In this document: one piece after another, positions 17,814 through 26,713 of the stretch | How positions within the stretch are numbered: the first letter of the stretch is position 1 | Layout of the letters: each line of letters opens with the position of its first letter | Source: Candidatus Micrarchaeia archaeon | Lineage (GTDB): Archaea > Micrarchaeota > Micrarchaeia > Anstonellales > Bilamarchaeaceae | Assembly: GCA_041649555.1 (NCBI GenBank) | Contig: JBAZMS010000001.1 | Location: 119,219 to 183,218 of the forward strand | DNA length: 64,000 nucleotides | Direction of reading: 5' to 3' | Translations under genes and position numbers: made by a program | Notes under the pieces: model-generated | What the model saw: the letters and a program-made list of their open reading frames with translations, nothing else | What the model was told of the DNA's origin: nothing | The model's database searches: none

Positions 17814-19244
17814 ATGCTCATTCTTGTCTGCGGGCTTCCGGGAAGCGGGAAAACAACTCTTTCACAGGAACTTTCAGGAAGAATAAACGGAATAAGCCTA
17901 AATACAGATTCAATAAGAGAAGAACTTTTTGAAACCAGAACCTACTCTAAGCAGGAAAAGGAAAAAGTTTATGAAAAACTGCTTGAATGTTCACAGAAAA
18001 ATCTTGAGAATGAAAAAAATGTTGTTGTGGATGCAACCTTCTACAAAAAAGAATTAAGAGAAAAATTCATCAGCCTTGCAAACAAACTTGGGAAAAAATC
18101 ATATCTCATTTATTGTTTTTTAGATGAAGAAAAAACAAAAATCCGCCTTCAAAACAGAAAAAATGACAAAAGCGAGGCTGATTTTTCAGTTTATCTAAAA
18201 ATAAAACGCTGTTTTGAGCCAATCCAGAAAAATTATCTGCAGATAAACACATCAGAAAATATCCAAAAACAAATAGAGCAGGTATTATTTTATATAATGA
18301 AAGAGCAGCTAAAAGAAAAATACCAGCTAATCGAAACACACATCTCCCTTATATTTCTTGATGATACTTTTGCCTACAAAATAAAAAAACCGGTTAAATT
18401 TTCATTTCTTGATTTTTCAACCAAAGAAAAAAGGAAATTTTATCTAAACGAAGAATTAAGGCTTAACAAAAAAATTTCCCCTGCAATTTATCTTGGAATA
18501 GTAGATGTTAATTTTCAAAAAGATAAATTTCTAATAGGAAATGGGGGGCAATCATTCGAATTAGCACTTAAAATGAAAAAAATAGAAAATAAAAAAAAGA
18601 TGGACAATCTAATTCAGGCAGGAAAAATTTCAGAAAAGGAAATAGAGCTGCTTGCAAAACAAATATCCAATTTCCATCAGAACGCAGAGATAATAAAGGA
18701 TTTTAGGTATAATTCAGCGCAAATGCTTGCAGACCAGATAAATGACCTGGGAAATTTTAAGAAACCAATAAACATTTGCTGTTTTATGGGAAAAGAAGTG
18801 GATTTTATCCTGGAAAAATGCAATAAATTTATAGAGAACAATCAAGACTTGCTTTTAAAAAGGCAAAAAATTGGAAAAATAAAAGAGTGCCACGGAGACC
18901 TTCACACAGGAAATATCTTTTTTGACAAATATCCAATAATTTTTGACTGCATAGAATTCAATAATGAATTTCGTTTCATAGATATCCTGTCGGATGTGGG
19001 CTTTCTTGCAATGGATCTTGATGCAAAAGGCCAAAACCAGCTTTCAGATTTTCTGATAAAAAAATATGCCCTGTTTTCTAAAGATCCAGACATTGAAAAA
19101 TTGATGCCCCTATACAAGTGCTATAGGGCAAATGTAAGGGCAAAAATTGCAGCAATTGAATATGAACAAAAAAAAGATGAAAACAACAGAGAAAAACTTG
19201 AATTATACTTAAACCTTGCAGAAGGGTATGCGAAAAATTTATAA
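17814..19244 (+). CDS. Fusion protein: N-terminal P-loop kinase (AAA_33-like) and C-terminal aminoglycoside-phosphotransferase/protein-kinase-like domain
   Basis: Walker A GLPGSGKTT at the N-terminus. Kinase catalytic-loop-like CHGDLHTGNIFF and a downstream DILSDVGFLAMDL in the C-terminal half. Confidence 0.7.
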   Translation: MLILVCGLPGSGKTTLSQELSGRINGISLNTDSIREELFETRTYSKQEKEKVYEKLLECSQKNLENEKNVVVDATFYKKELREKFISLANKLGKKSYLIYCFLDEEKTKIRLQNRKNDKSEADFSVYLKIKRCFEPIQKNYLQINTSENIQKQIEQVLFYIMKEQLKEKYQLIETHISLIFLDDTFAYKIKKPVKFSFLDFSTKEKRKFYLNEELRLNKKISPAIYLGIVDVNFQKDKFLIGNGGQSFELALKMKKIENKKKMDNLIQAGKISEKEIELLAKQISNFHQNAEIIKDFRYNSAQMLADQINDLGNFKKPINICCFMGKEVDFILEKCNKFIENNQDLLLKRQKIGKIKECHGDLHTGNIFFDKYPIIFDCIEFNNEFRFIDILSDVGFLAMDLDAKGQNQLSDFLIKKYALFSKDPDIEKLMPLYKCYRANVRAKIAAIEYEQKKDENNREKLELYLNLAEGYAKNL

Positions 19245-19269
19245 TTTCACAATCCGAGTTGTATTGCAT

Positions 19270-20421
19270 ATGAAGATACTGATGGTCAATCTCTTTTACT
19301 ATCCCTACATGGGAGGGACAGAAAAAAATATAATGGAGATTTCAAAAGAGCTCTCATGCAAGGGACATAAAATAACTGTGCTTTCAGCCCAGCTTCCAAA
19401 AACAAAAAGAACAGAAATCCTGGATAAAATAAAAATAGTGCGGGTTCCATCCAAAATATTTTATAATCTTCCGCACCCCTTTCCGCCACCATATCCGGTA
19501 ATGCATAATTTTTTGGAAGAGTACGAAACTCTTCTAAAAAAGGAAAAATTTGATATAGTTCATATACACAATAGATTCTGCTTTGGAAAAAAGATAGTCC
19601 AAATGGCAAAAAGATACAAAGCAAAAACAATTCTTACGATTCATAATTCAAGAACTCTAAACATTGATTTTTTCACTGATTTTTTCGGGCAGGCGTATGA
19701 TGATTTTTTCGGAAAAAATATAATGAAAGAATGCGATGGGATAATTGCAGTGAGCAAAAATGCCCTTGATACCACAATCCCTGAAAATTATAACGGAAAA
19801 AAAAGAGTAATTTACAATGGATGCAACTATGAAAAACTCAAAAAAACCAAAGTAAAAAACTGGGCTAATTTTTTTAAAAATAAAGGATTTGAAGGAAAAA
19901 TGGTTCTGGCCAATGCTCGCCTGGTAAAACAAAAAGGCCTTGAATATCTTATTGATGCAATGAAGCAGGTAAAGGAAGGATACCTTGTAATCTTTGGAAG
20001 GGGCCCTCTTGAAAAAGAGCTTAAAAAAAGAGCAGCTAAAAATAAGATCCGCGTTTATTTTCTTAATGAGAAAATTTCAGAAGAAGATCTTGCATCCCTT
20101 TATCGTTTTGCACATATTTTTGTTTTAAGCTCTCTTTATGAGCCATTTGGGATGGTAATAATTGAAGCATATGCCTCAAAAATTCCAGTAATTGCAACTA
20201 GATCCGGAGGTCCGGAGGAAATAGTCATTAATGAAAAAACAGGATTTTTGGTTTCCCCGCGGGATTCGCCCGGGCTTGCAGAAAAAATAAATTTTTTGAT
20301 GGCAAATAAGAAAAAATGGAGAGAGCTTTCAAAAAATGCATATGCATACTCAAAAAAATTCAGATGGAATTCAATTGCAAAACAAACGGAAAGATTCTAT
20401 AGGGAAATATTGAAAATCTAG
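19270..20421 (+). CDS. Glycosyltransferase family 4 (GT-B)
   Basis: MKILMVNLFYYPYMGGTEK N-terminus and the EX7E region SLYEPFGMVIIEAYASKIPVIATRSGGPEEIV. ATG at 19270 is preferred. Confidence 0.85.
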   Translation: MKILMVNLFYYPYMGGTEKNIMEISKELSCKGHKITVLSAQLPKTKRTEILDKIKIVRVPSKIFYNLPHPFPPPYPVMHNFLEEYETLLKKEKFDIVHIHNRFCFGKKIVQMAKRYKAKTILTIHNSRTLNIDFFTDFFGQAYDDFFGKNIMKECDGIIAVSKNALDTTIPENYNGKKRVIYNGCNYEKLKKTKVKNWANFFKNKGFEGKMVLANARLVKQKGLEYLIDAMKQVKEGYLVIFGRGPLEKELKKRAAKNKIRVYFLNEKISEEDLASLYRFAHIFVLSSLYEPFGMVIIEAYASKIPVIATRSGGPEEIVINEKTGFLVSPRDSPGLAEKINFLMANKKKWRELSKNAYAYSKKFRWNSIAKQTERFYREILKI

Positions 20422-21884
20422 CCCAAAAATTTTCTTATCCATCCTGCCTGCACAATATCTTCTTTTATTGTGGACATCCTGCCAGAAAGTGTATTATGAA
20501 GAATTCTATCAGTTATTTCAATATGCTCCAAATCCGGATCATAATCAATCCATTCAAGAACTTTGCCAATATTCTTTTTTATTTTTGGAGAAAGAAAATT
20601 CAGATTTTTTTTATTCAAATATCTTGCTGCATCAGTTATATCTTTATCAAAATTATCATATATCTGCTGCACTTGGTCAAATTCTTCATTAGTTAATGCA
20701 GAAAGCCCCAAAAGTTCCGGGCTAAGCCCAATAGAATAAAATGATGCACAAAAACTTATAGCCCTTGGGAGTTTTATTCCTCCAGAAGACCGGGAATACC
20801 CAAAAAGACCAACATGCAAAGACCTTGTCCTTCTTGCAGGAATATATTTTGCCACTGCATTTATTATCTCTGCAATTTCATACAATTCCTTTTGATACTG
20901 CCCCTTTATTTTATCTATAAATTTCATTGCCATTTGTTCATCTATCTGGTTTGGCGGTTTTCTTCTGCCTGAATTCATCATATCTATCGAATTTACAACA
21001 TCCCTGAATGGAAAATCATACTTAAATGCAGACTGCAATGTAAATGTCTGGACGCTTGGATATTCTGCAGCGCAATTATCCACATTTATCGGTTTTAAGT
21101 TTCCCCTAAAAGGAGAGCTTCCAACCCCAAGTATCGGGTATATCGGAATGGATGTCTTTTGTTCAAGCTCAAAAAGATTCTGCAGTGCGATTTTTGCAAG
21201 AAGAACTGCAGTAACCGAGCCATAGTTGAGAGCTGGATCAGATCTTGCAAGAAAAACCCGCTGATATTCCGGTTTTGAGCTTTGGATATATTTCTCAACT
21301 AGTTTATGAACATTAATAAATGATTCAAAATTCTCAAAAAGAGGTATCACATTTATTTTCTCTGGTTTAAAATCTCCAATCCACTCCTTTATTTTTATAT
21401 CATTTTCAATCAGGCTCTTGCTTTGCTGACCAATAACAAATTTATCATAATACGATGCAATTCGCCCTATTTCAAGATGGTTTGTTGTCATTGGAAGTAT
21501 TACTTCAAAAATTGGCGCTATATCCTCGTGAAGCAGTTTTGCACTATCATACGCCCGTGGAATACTATGCAACACTTCAAGCAGAACCTTTCCCTGATTT
21601 TGCTGTATTGAAGGGTTTGGAACCCTGTATGTCAGGAATATATCTTTTCCAAGCACTGTTTTTGAAAAGAATTCAGTATATTTTGAAAGGAGCTTTTCAA
21701 CTACCTGATTATCTACATCCTTTCCTTCATTATCCCACATTTGTTCCCTGCATCCAAGCTGGGAAAAAACATAATATGCTTCCTTGACTTCTGTATTTGA
21801 AGATAATACCTCATTATCTGCAAAAAAAGGAATGGATACATTATCCGGATGCTGAGTGCTCATACATCTTGAAATATTTATCAT
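20418..21884 (-). CDS. ppcA: Archaeal-type phosphoenolpyruvate carboxylase
   Basis: N-terminal RCMSTQHPDNV signature and about 490 aa length characteristic of the archaeal PpcA family. Confidence 0.85.
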   Translation of the reverse strand: MINISRCMSTQHPDNVSIPFFADNEVLSSNTEVKEAYYVFSQLGCREQMWDNEGKDVDNQVVEKLLSKYTEFFSKTVLGKDIFLTYRVPNPSIQQNQGKVLLEVLHSIPRAYDSAKLLHEDIAPIFEVILPMTTNHLEIGRIASYYDKFVIGQQSKSLIENDIKIKEWIGDFKPEKINVIPLFENFESFINVHKLVEKYIQSSKPEYQRVFLARSDPALNYGSVTAVLLAKIALQNLFELEQKTSIPIYPILGVGSSPFRGNLKPINVDNCAAEYPSVQTFTLQSAFKYDFPFRDVVNSIDMMNSGRRKPPNQIDEQMAMKFIDKIKGQYQKELYEIAEIINAVAKYIPARRTRSLHVGLFGYSRSSGGIKLPRAISFCASFYSIGLSPELLGLSALTNEEFDQVQQIYDNFDKDITDAARYLNKKNLNFLSPKIKKNIGKVLEWIDYDPDLEHIEITDRILHNTLSGRMSTIKEDIVQAGWIRKFLG

Positions 21885-21955
21885 TAGAATGAAATAATAA
21901 AGGATACTCTTTTTAATATTTATTATCTTAGTTATTCACATTCAAAGGTGATTTA

Positions 21956-22750
21956 TTGTTTAATTCAATAAAACTTGCAGGAAAAGAATATGTTAAAAAA
22001 CCAGTTCAATATGCATGGGCAGTCCTTCTTTCAGTTATTCTGGATTTTATAATCCTTGGGGCGCTAGTCGGGGCGATTCTTATAATTTACTATTCCCTTT
22101 CAATTTTTAATTTAGGGAATATTCCTCTTATACTCTATATCCTTATGGCAATTTGTATCGTAATATACTTTGTTTTGATGAATGGCCTTAAAGGAGCACT
22201 TGTTAATGCCCTTTTCAAAATTCAAAAAGAAAGGGTTAGCGTGAGATCTTTTTTTAAGTATGCACTTTCCCATGGAGAAACTTTTTTTGGAATCAGCCTA
22301 ATAAAAACATTTCTCGCCATTTTATTCATAGGCCCAATAATCGCATTTTATATTTTTATTCTAGAGCCAATGGAAATTCCCTATGCATTCTGGATAATTG
22401 CAGTTATCTCTTTTGGAATTTACGGAATAATTGAATTTCCATTCATGTATGCCTATATCTCAGCAGGAACACAGGAAACCGGGATAATCAAGTCTATAAA
22501 AAATTCTTTTTCTTTTATAAGGCGAATGCATTTTCGGGCGTTTTCTCTTTATTTTGTTTATGGTCTTGCATGGCTGCTTTCCTTTTGTATGTATGGCGCG
22601 TATTACCAGCTTTGGAATACAATGGAAGGAAGCTTGCTTGCAACAGTTATATCATGTCTTCTGGTATTTGCAAGCATTGTTGTTTCACTAACTATATATC
22701 CTTTAATATATAGCGCGGCAATAATGTTTTATCAAAAAGGAAAAAAATAA
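21956..22750 (+). CDS. Polytopic membrane protein, unknown function (264 aa)
   Basis: TTG start preceded by aaGGTGa. About 6 hydrophobic helices. Confidence 0.5.
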   Translation: MFNSIKLAGKEYVKKPVQYAWAVLLSVILDFIILGALVGAILIIYYSLSIFNLGNIPLILYILMAICIVIYFVLMNGLKGALVNALFKIQKERVSVRSFFKYALSHGETFFGISLIKTFLAILFIGPIIAFYIFILEPMEIPYAFWIIAVISFGIYGIIEFPFMYAYISAGTQETGIIKSIKNSFSFIRRMHFRAFSLYFVYGLAWLLSFCMYGAYYQLWNTMEGSLLATVISCLLVFASIVVSLTIYPLIYSAAIMFYQKGKK

Positions 22751-22768
22751 TTTTTAGGTGAATTTGAT

Positions 22769-22954
22769 ATGATTACTATTAAGCATGCAGGTTGTCTTCA
22801 ATGCGCAGGTTGCTGTTCAGTATGTCCTACACGCGCACTTGAACTTGTTGGAGGAAAAATTGAGTTTTATCCGGAAAAATGTATTCAATGCGGTGCTTGT
22901 GTTCGAATTTGCCCTGCAAATGTAATCGAACTTAAAAAAGAGGGAAAAAAATGA
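22769..22954 (+). CDS. 2x[4Fe-4S] ferredoxin (61 aa)
   Basis: Two cluster motifs, CLQCAGCCSVCP and CIQCGACVRICP. Overlaps the downstream reductase by ATGA. Confidence 0.85.
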   Translation: MITIKHAGCLQCAGCCSVCPTRALELVGGKIEFYPEKCIQCGACVRICPANVIELKKEGKK

Positions 22955-24159
22955 AATCCGACCACGATGTTATAGTCATTGGAAGCGGGCCTGCAGGATC
23001 AAGCCTTGCGCGGGTTCTTGCAAAAGAAGGAAAAGATGTACTAATAATTGAAAAAAGAAAACAGATCGGAGTTCCTGTGCGATGCGGAGAAGGCCTTGGG
23101 GCACGGGAATTATTAAAACAAAATTTAACTCTTCCAAAAGGAATTTATTCTACAGAAATTTTAGGTGCAAAAGTAGTTGCGCCAAACGGGCAGCAAATAA
23201 TCTGGAAAGATGAAGAAACAAAAGGGTATATGCTTGAGAGAAAAGCATTTGATCAGTGGCTATGCGAGCTTGCAATAAAAGAAGGGGCAAAACTAAAAGT
23301 TTTAATGCGGGCAACAGATCTAATTATGAAAAATGGGAAAATTCAGGGCCTTAAGGTAATTTACAGAGAGCAAGAAGAGTTTGAATTAACTGCTCCTCTA
23401 ATTATTTCTGCAGAAGGAATGGAGGCCCAGATCGCAAAAAAAGCAGGATTCAATACAGTCCACAGCCCTTATGATGTAGATACCTGTTATCAGTATGAGA
23501 TGATGGAATACTCCCATGAAAATCTCATTGAGCTTTATTTTGGAGCAAAAATTGCCCCTAGAGGGTATGTATGGATTTTTCCAAAGGAGAACAAGAAAAT
23601 AAATTTGGGCCTTGGAATCGGAGGAAATATTTTAAATGGAAAAAAGCTTGGAGGAATGCAAGGCTCTGATCCAAAAATTCTTCTTGATGATTTTATTTCC
23701 AAAAATAAAGAATTGAAAAATGCAAGCATAATGAATGAATTTGGTGGGGTAATTTCTGTTGGCGCTCCAATAGATAAATTTGTAACCGACAATTTCATGG
23801 TAATTGGAACTGCATCAAAGCAAGTTGATCCCATACATGGAGGGGGGATTGCCCTTGCAATGGAATCAGGGCTAATGGCTGCAAAAATAATTCTTGATGC
23901 AAAAGGAAAATATTCAAAGGAAAATCTTGAAGGATATGAAAAAATCTGGAAGGAAGGCCCCGGAAAAAAGGTTGCAAAAAGATTAATGCTAAGAAAGGTA
24001 ATGGAAAAATTAAACGATGATGATCTTAATTATATTTTCAAGGCCATATGTGACAAGGAATTAAATCAAGTAATGAAGGGGAATTTTGCAGTCTCTGTTG
24101 CAAAGGTTCTTGCAGGGCGGCCGCAGTTATTAAAGATTTTAAGTGTTTTGACTAGTTGA
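22951..24159 (+). CDS. Geranylgeranyl reductase family flavoprotein (probable digeranylgeranylglycerophospholipid reductase)
   Basis: FAD-binding DVIVIGSGPAGSSLARVLAKEGKDVLIIEKR, RCGEG motif, and about 400 aa. Confidence 0.85.
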   Translation: MKSDHDVIVIGSGPAGSSLARVLAKEGKDVLIIEKRKQIGVPVRCGEGLGARELLKQNLTLPKGIYSTEILGAKVVAPNGQQIIWKDEETKGYMLERKAFDQWLCELAIKEGAKLKVLMRATDLIMKNGKIQGLKVIYREQEEFELTAPLIISAEGMEAQIAKKAGFNTVHSPYDVDTCYQYEMMEYSHENLIELYFGAKIAPRGYVWIFPKENKKINLGLGIGGNILNGKKLGGMQGSDPKILLDDFISKNKELKNASIMNEFGGVISVGAPIDKFVTDNFMVIGTASKQVDPIHGGGIALAMESGLMAAKIILDAKGKYSKENLEGYEKIWKEGPGKKVAKRLMLRKVMEKLNDDDLNYIFKAICDKELNQVMKGNFAVSVAKVLAGRPQLLKILSVLTS

Positions 24160-24663
24160 ATTTGTGCAATTTGTTTGATTTATCCCTGTCCCTTCTGAAG
24201 AATTAATAGAACTTATCCCAAATTTAAAATCTTCAGGCTCCGGGGCCTGTTCTTCTGTTTTAATTCCTTCATTTTCCAAATTAGAATAGCCCAAATTATC
24301 AGAAAACCCATCTTTTTGGATAAAAGGGTTATTCATAATAACTCCTGCTATAAATAAAATTACAATTCCAAGTATAATAAATGTGCTTATTGAGATCTTC
24401 TTTTTTGATGAGCCCATCAACTGTTTCCCTTTTCTGGTAAGAGAAAAATATTTCCATTTTCTTCCTTCTTCCTGTTTTTCTATTAATCCTGCGTTTTGCA
24501 ATTGATTCAAATGTTCTAAAATAGTTGGAACTGACAATGCCAGTTCTTTTGCAAGATCAGTCTGGGTTTTCTGGTGATTATATAAAGATTTTAAAATAGA
24601 AATTCTCGTTTCTGCTCCAATTGCTTTCAAAAGCTCCCTGTCTAAAATTATTTCTTCGCCCAT
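24139..24663 (-). CDS. ArsR-type wHTH regulator with a C-terminal TM segment
   Basis: LKAIGAETRISILKSLYNHQKTQTDLAKELALSVPTILEHLNQLQNAGLI, followed by the hydrophobic helix ISTFIILGIVILFIAGVIM. Confidence 0.6.
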   Translation of the reverse strand: MGEEIILDRELLKAIGAETRISILKSLYNHQKTQTDLAKELALSVPTILEHLNQLQNAGLIEKQEEGRKWKYFSLTRKGKQLMGSSKKKISISTFIILGIVILFIAGVIMNNPFIQKDGFSDNLGYSNLENEGIKTEEQAPEPEDFKFGISSINSSEGTGINQTNCTNSTSQNT

Positions 24664-24709
24664 TTTGTTCTAACCCGCCTATAAAAATATAAAAAGAAAA
24701 AATAAAAAG

Positions 24710-25480
24710 TTATTCGATTGCAAATGAGGTGCTAACCGAAACAGAGAAGGTGATTTCCCCTGATGAAAACGATGTTTCAGGAACAGCACTATCGTATTCC
24801 TTTGCTGAAAGGGAATAATCATATCTTGTTGGGTAGTAATAACTTGGAGTTCCATAGCTTGCAGACTGCAATTTTCCCAGCGTTGCGCCCCCTGCCTGAG
24901 CAATCTTTGATGCCAATGCCCGTGCATTAGATACTGCATCAGAAATTAATGTCTGCTCTAATGTTTTTCTTTTAGCATCACTCAAACTAAACTGCACATA
25001 TTCAACTAATGCTCCATCCTCAACAACTTTATCCGTTACTATCCCAGCATTATCCAAATCCTTGATTGTAACCTCTATTCTATGCGTTGTTTCATATCCT
25101 TTAAACACATAAGAATATGTTCCATTGTTATCTTTTTCCCATTCCTCTCTGATTTGAACAGAATAAGAAGTTGTTTTTATATTCTCCTTATCTATTTCCT
25201 CTCCGAGAAGAGATGCCTGAACCTTTTCATTTATTTTTGCATTTTCTTCCTGAGAGAATTTTGCCGTTTGTTCCAAAGTAGTTATATATAAATATAACTT
25301 AACTTGATCCGGCTCAGTTGTCATCTGGGCGCTTCCCTGAACTGAAATCTGGGGAATTTGATCCTGAGAGCTTATTAAATATTGTGGAGAGTTGTTTGAA
25401 AATCCTCCAACAAACATTGCACCAAGTGCGAATAAGACTACTGCAAATATTGCAATACCAATTGGGTTTTCACATTCCAT
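24710..25480 (-). CDS. SIMPL/DUF541 domain protein (membrane-anchored)
   Basis: N-terminal TM, then ISVQGSAQMTTEPDQVKLYLYI...A...N..INEKV pattern and size typical of DUF541. Confidence 0.6.
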   Translation of the reverse strand: MECENPIGIAIFAVVLFALGAMFVGGFSNNSPQYLISSQDQIPQISVQGSAQMTTEPDQVKLYLYITTLEQTAKFSQEENAKINEKVQASLLGEEIDKENIKTTSYSVQIREEWEKDNNGTYSYVFKGYETTHRIEVTIKDLDNAGIVTDKVVEDGALVEYVQFSLSDAKRKTLEQTLISDAVSNARALASKIAQAGGATLGKLQSASYGTPSYYYPTRYDYSLSAKEYDSAVPETSFSSGEITFSVSVSTSFAIE

Positions 25481-25552
25481 TGAATCACCAATTAGAATTA
25501 GAAAGATAAAGATTTAAAAAGAAAAAGAAATGATTAGGTTTTTTCCTAAAAT

Positions 25553-26560
25553 CTATCTTTTCCTTATTATATCCTCATATTTTGAATCCTTTCTCTTAAA
25601 CAATACTATTCTTGAAGGAGGATGCTCATTTATTATCCTATAATTTTTAAGCAGCAGGGCAAGTTTTTTTGAAAATCCGACAACATCTTCATGATAGGGC
25701 ATATTTTCTATCTTTAGCCTCTCTCTTGAAAGCCCTAAAAACATATAAGCCTTTATTTCAATAAAATCTGTTTTGGATTTTTCAAATAATCCGGCATAAT
25801 TTTTCAAATAGTTTTCATTATCATTCAATCCTTTAATTAATGTAAATCTTATTACCCGCCTGCAATTAAATTTAGCCATATATTTAAGGGTTTTGTTCAA
25901 TCTTTTCCATCCATCCCGGTATAATGATTTATTTATTTTATCAAAAAGAATTTTATTTGGGGCATCAAGAGACAAATATAATTGGGTTGGAAGGCAGCCT
26001 GTTTTTGAAAGTTTGAGCAGATGCTCTGGCTCCTGACCATTTGTAACTAAAAATATGGATCGCACCTCTTTATTTTTTTCAAGTCTGGATATCAATTCAC
26101 CAAGTTTTGGATAAATTGTGGGCTCTCCGGATAAAGAAATCGCCCAGTGCGATGGAAACTTCTCATATGCTTCCTTAAATAAAATCTGATTTGAGTCATA
26201 TGCCCCCTTTATTCCAACTATTAGTTTTTTTCTTTGCTTTATTGTCTCATTTATAATCTCTTCCGGGTCATCTACTTCTGCAGGCTTCATTTTTATTTTC
26301 TTCATCCATTCCATCTGTCTCCAGCAAAAAATGCAGTTTTGCTGGCACCACACAAGCGACGGGCTCATCTGAGCGCACCTATGGCAGTCCACTCCATAAA
26401 ATATCTGCTTATAGCAGACACCCTGATTTCGAAGCGCTTTTTTATTCCAAGAACAGATTTGAACTCCGGAATGATTTAAAACAAGTCCATAATTTTTTGA
26501 ATAAACTTCCTTTACTTTAGGGGAAAAGGTAATTTTTTGTGTTTTTGGCATTATAATCAA
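25553..26560 (-). CDS. taw1: 4-demethylwyosine synthase Taw1 (TYW1, radical SAM)
   Basis: HRCAQMSPSLVWCQQNCIFCWRQ (auxiliary Cys plus the CX3CX2C radical-SAM cluster followed by WR), and about 330 aa. Confidence 0.9.
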   Translation of the reverse strand: MIIMPKTQKITFSPKVKEVYSKNYGLVLNHSGVQICSWNKKALRNQGVCYKQIFYGVDCHRCAQMSPSLVWCQQNCIFCWRQMEWMKKIKMKPAEVDDPEEIINETIKQRKKLIVGIKGAYDSNQILFKEAYEKFPSHWAISLSGEPTIYPKLGELISRLEKNKEVRSIFLVTNGQEPEHLLKLSKTGCLPTQLYLSLDAPNKILFDKINKSLYRDGWKRLNKTLKYMAKFNCRRVIRFTLIKGLNDNENYLKNYAGLFEKSKTDFIEIKAYMFLGLSRERLKIENMPYHEDVVGFSKKLALLLKNYRIINEHPPSRIVLFKRKDSKYEDIIRKR

Positions 26561-26713
26561 TTAACCTTATATTGCAAAAAGATTTAACCATTAGCTCCTA
26601 AAGAATATGAAAAGAAATCCCGGGTTTGCAAGATACAAGAGAAAGGATTTATTAAATAAATATAATTAATATTAAATAGGTACAAAGCCTATACAAAATA
26701 TCAGGTGCTAAAA

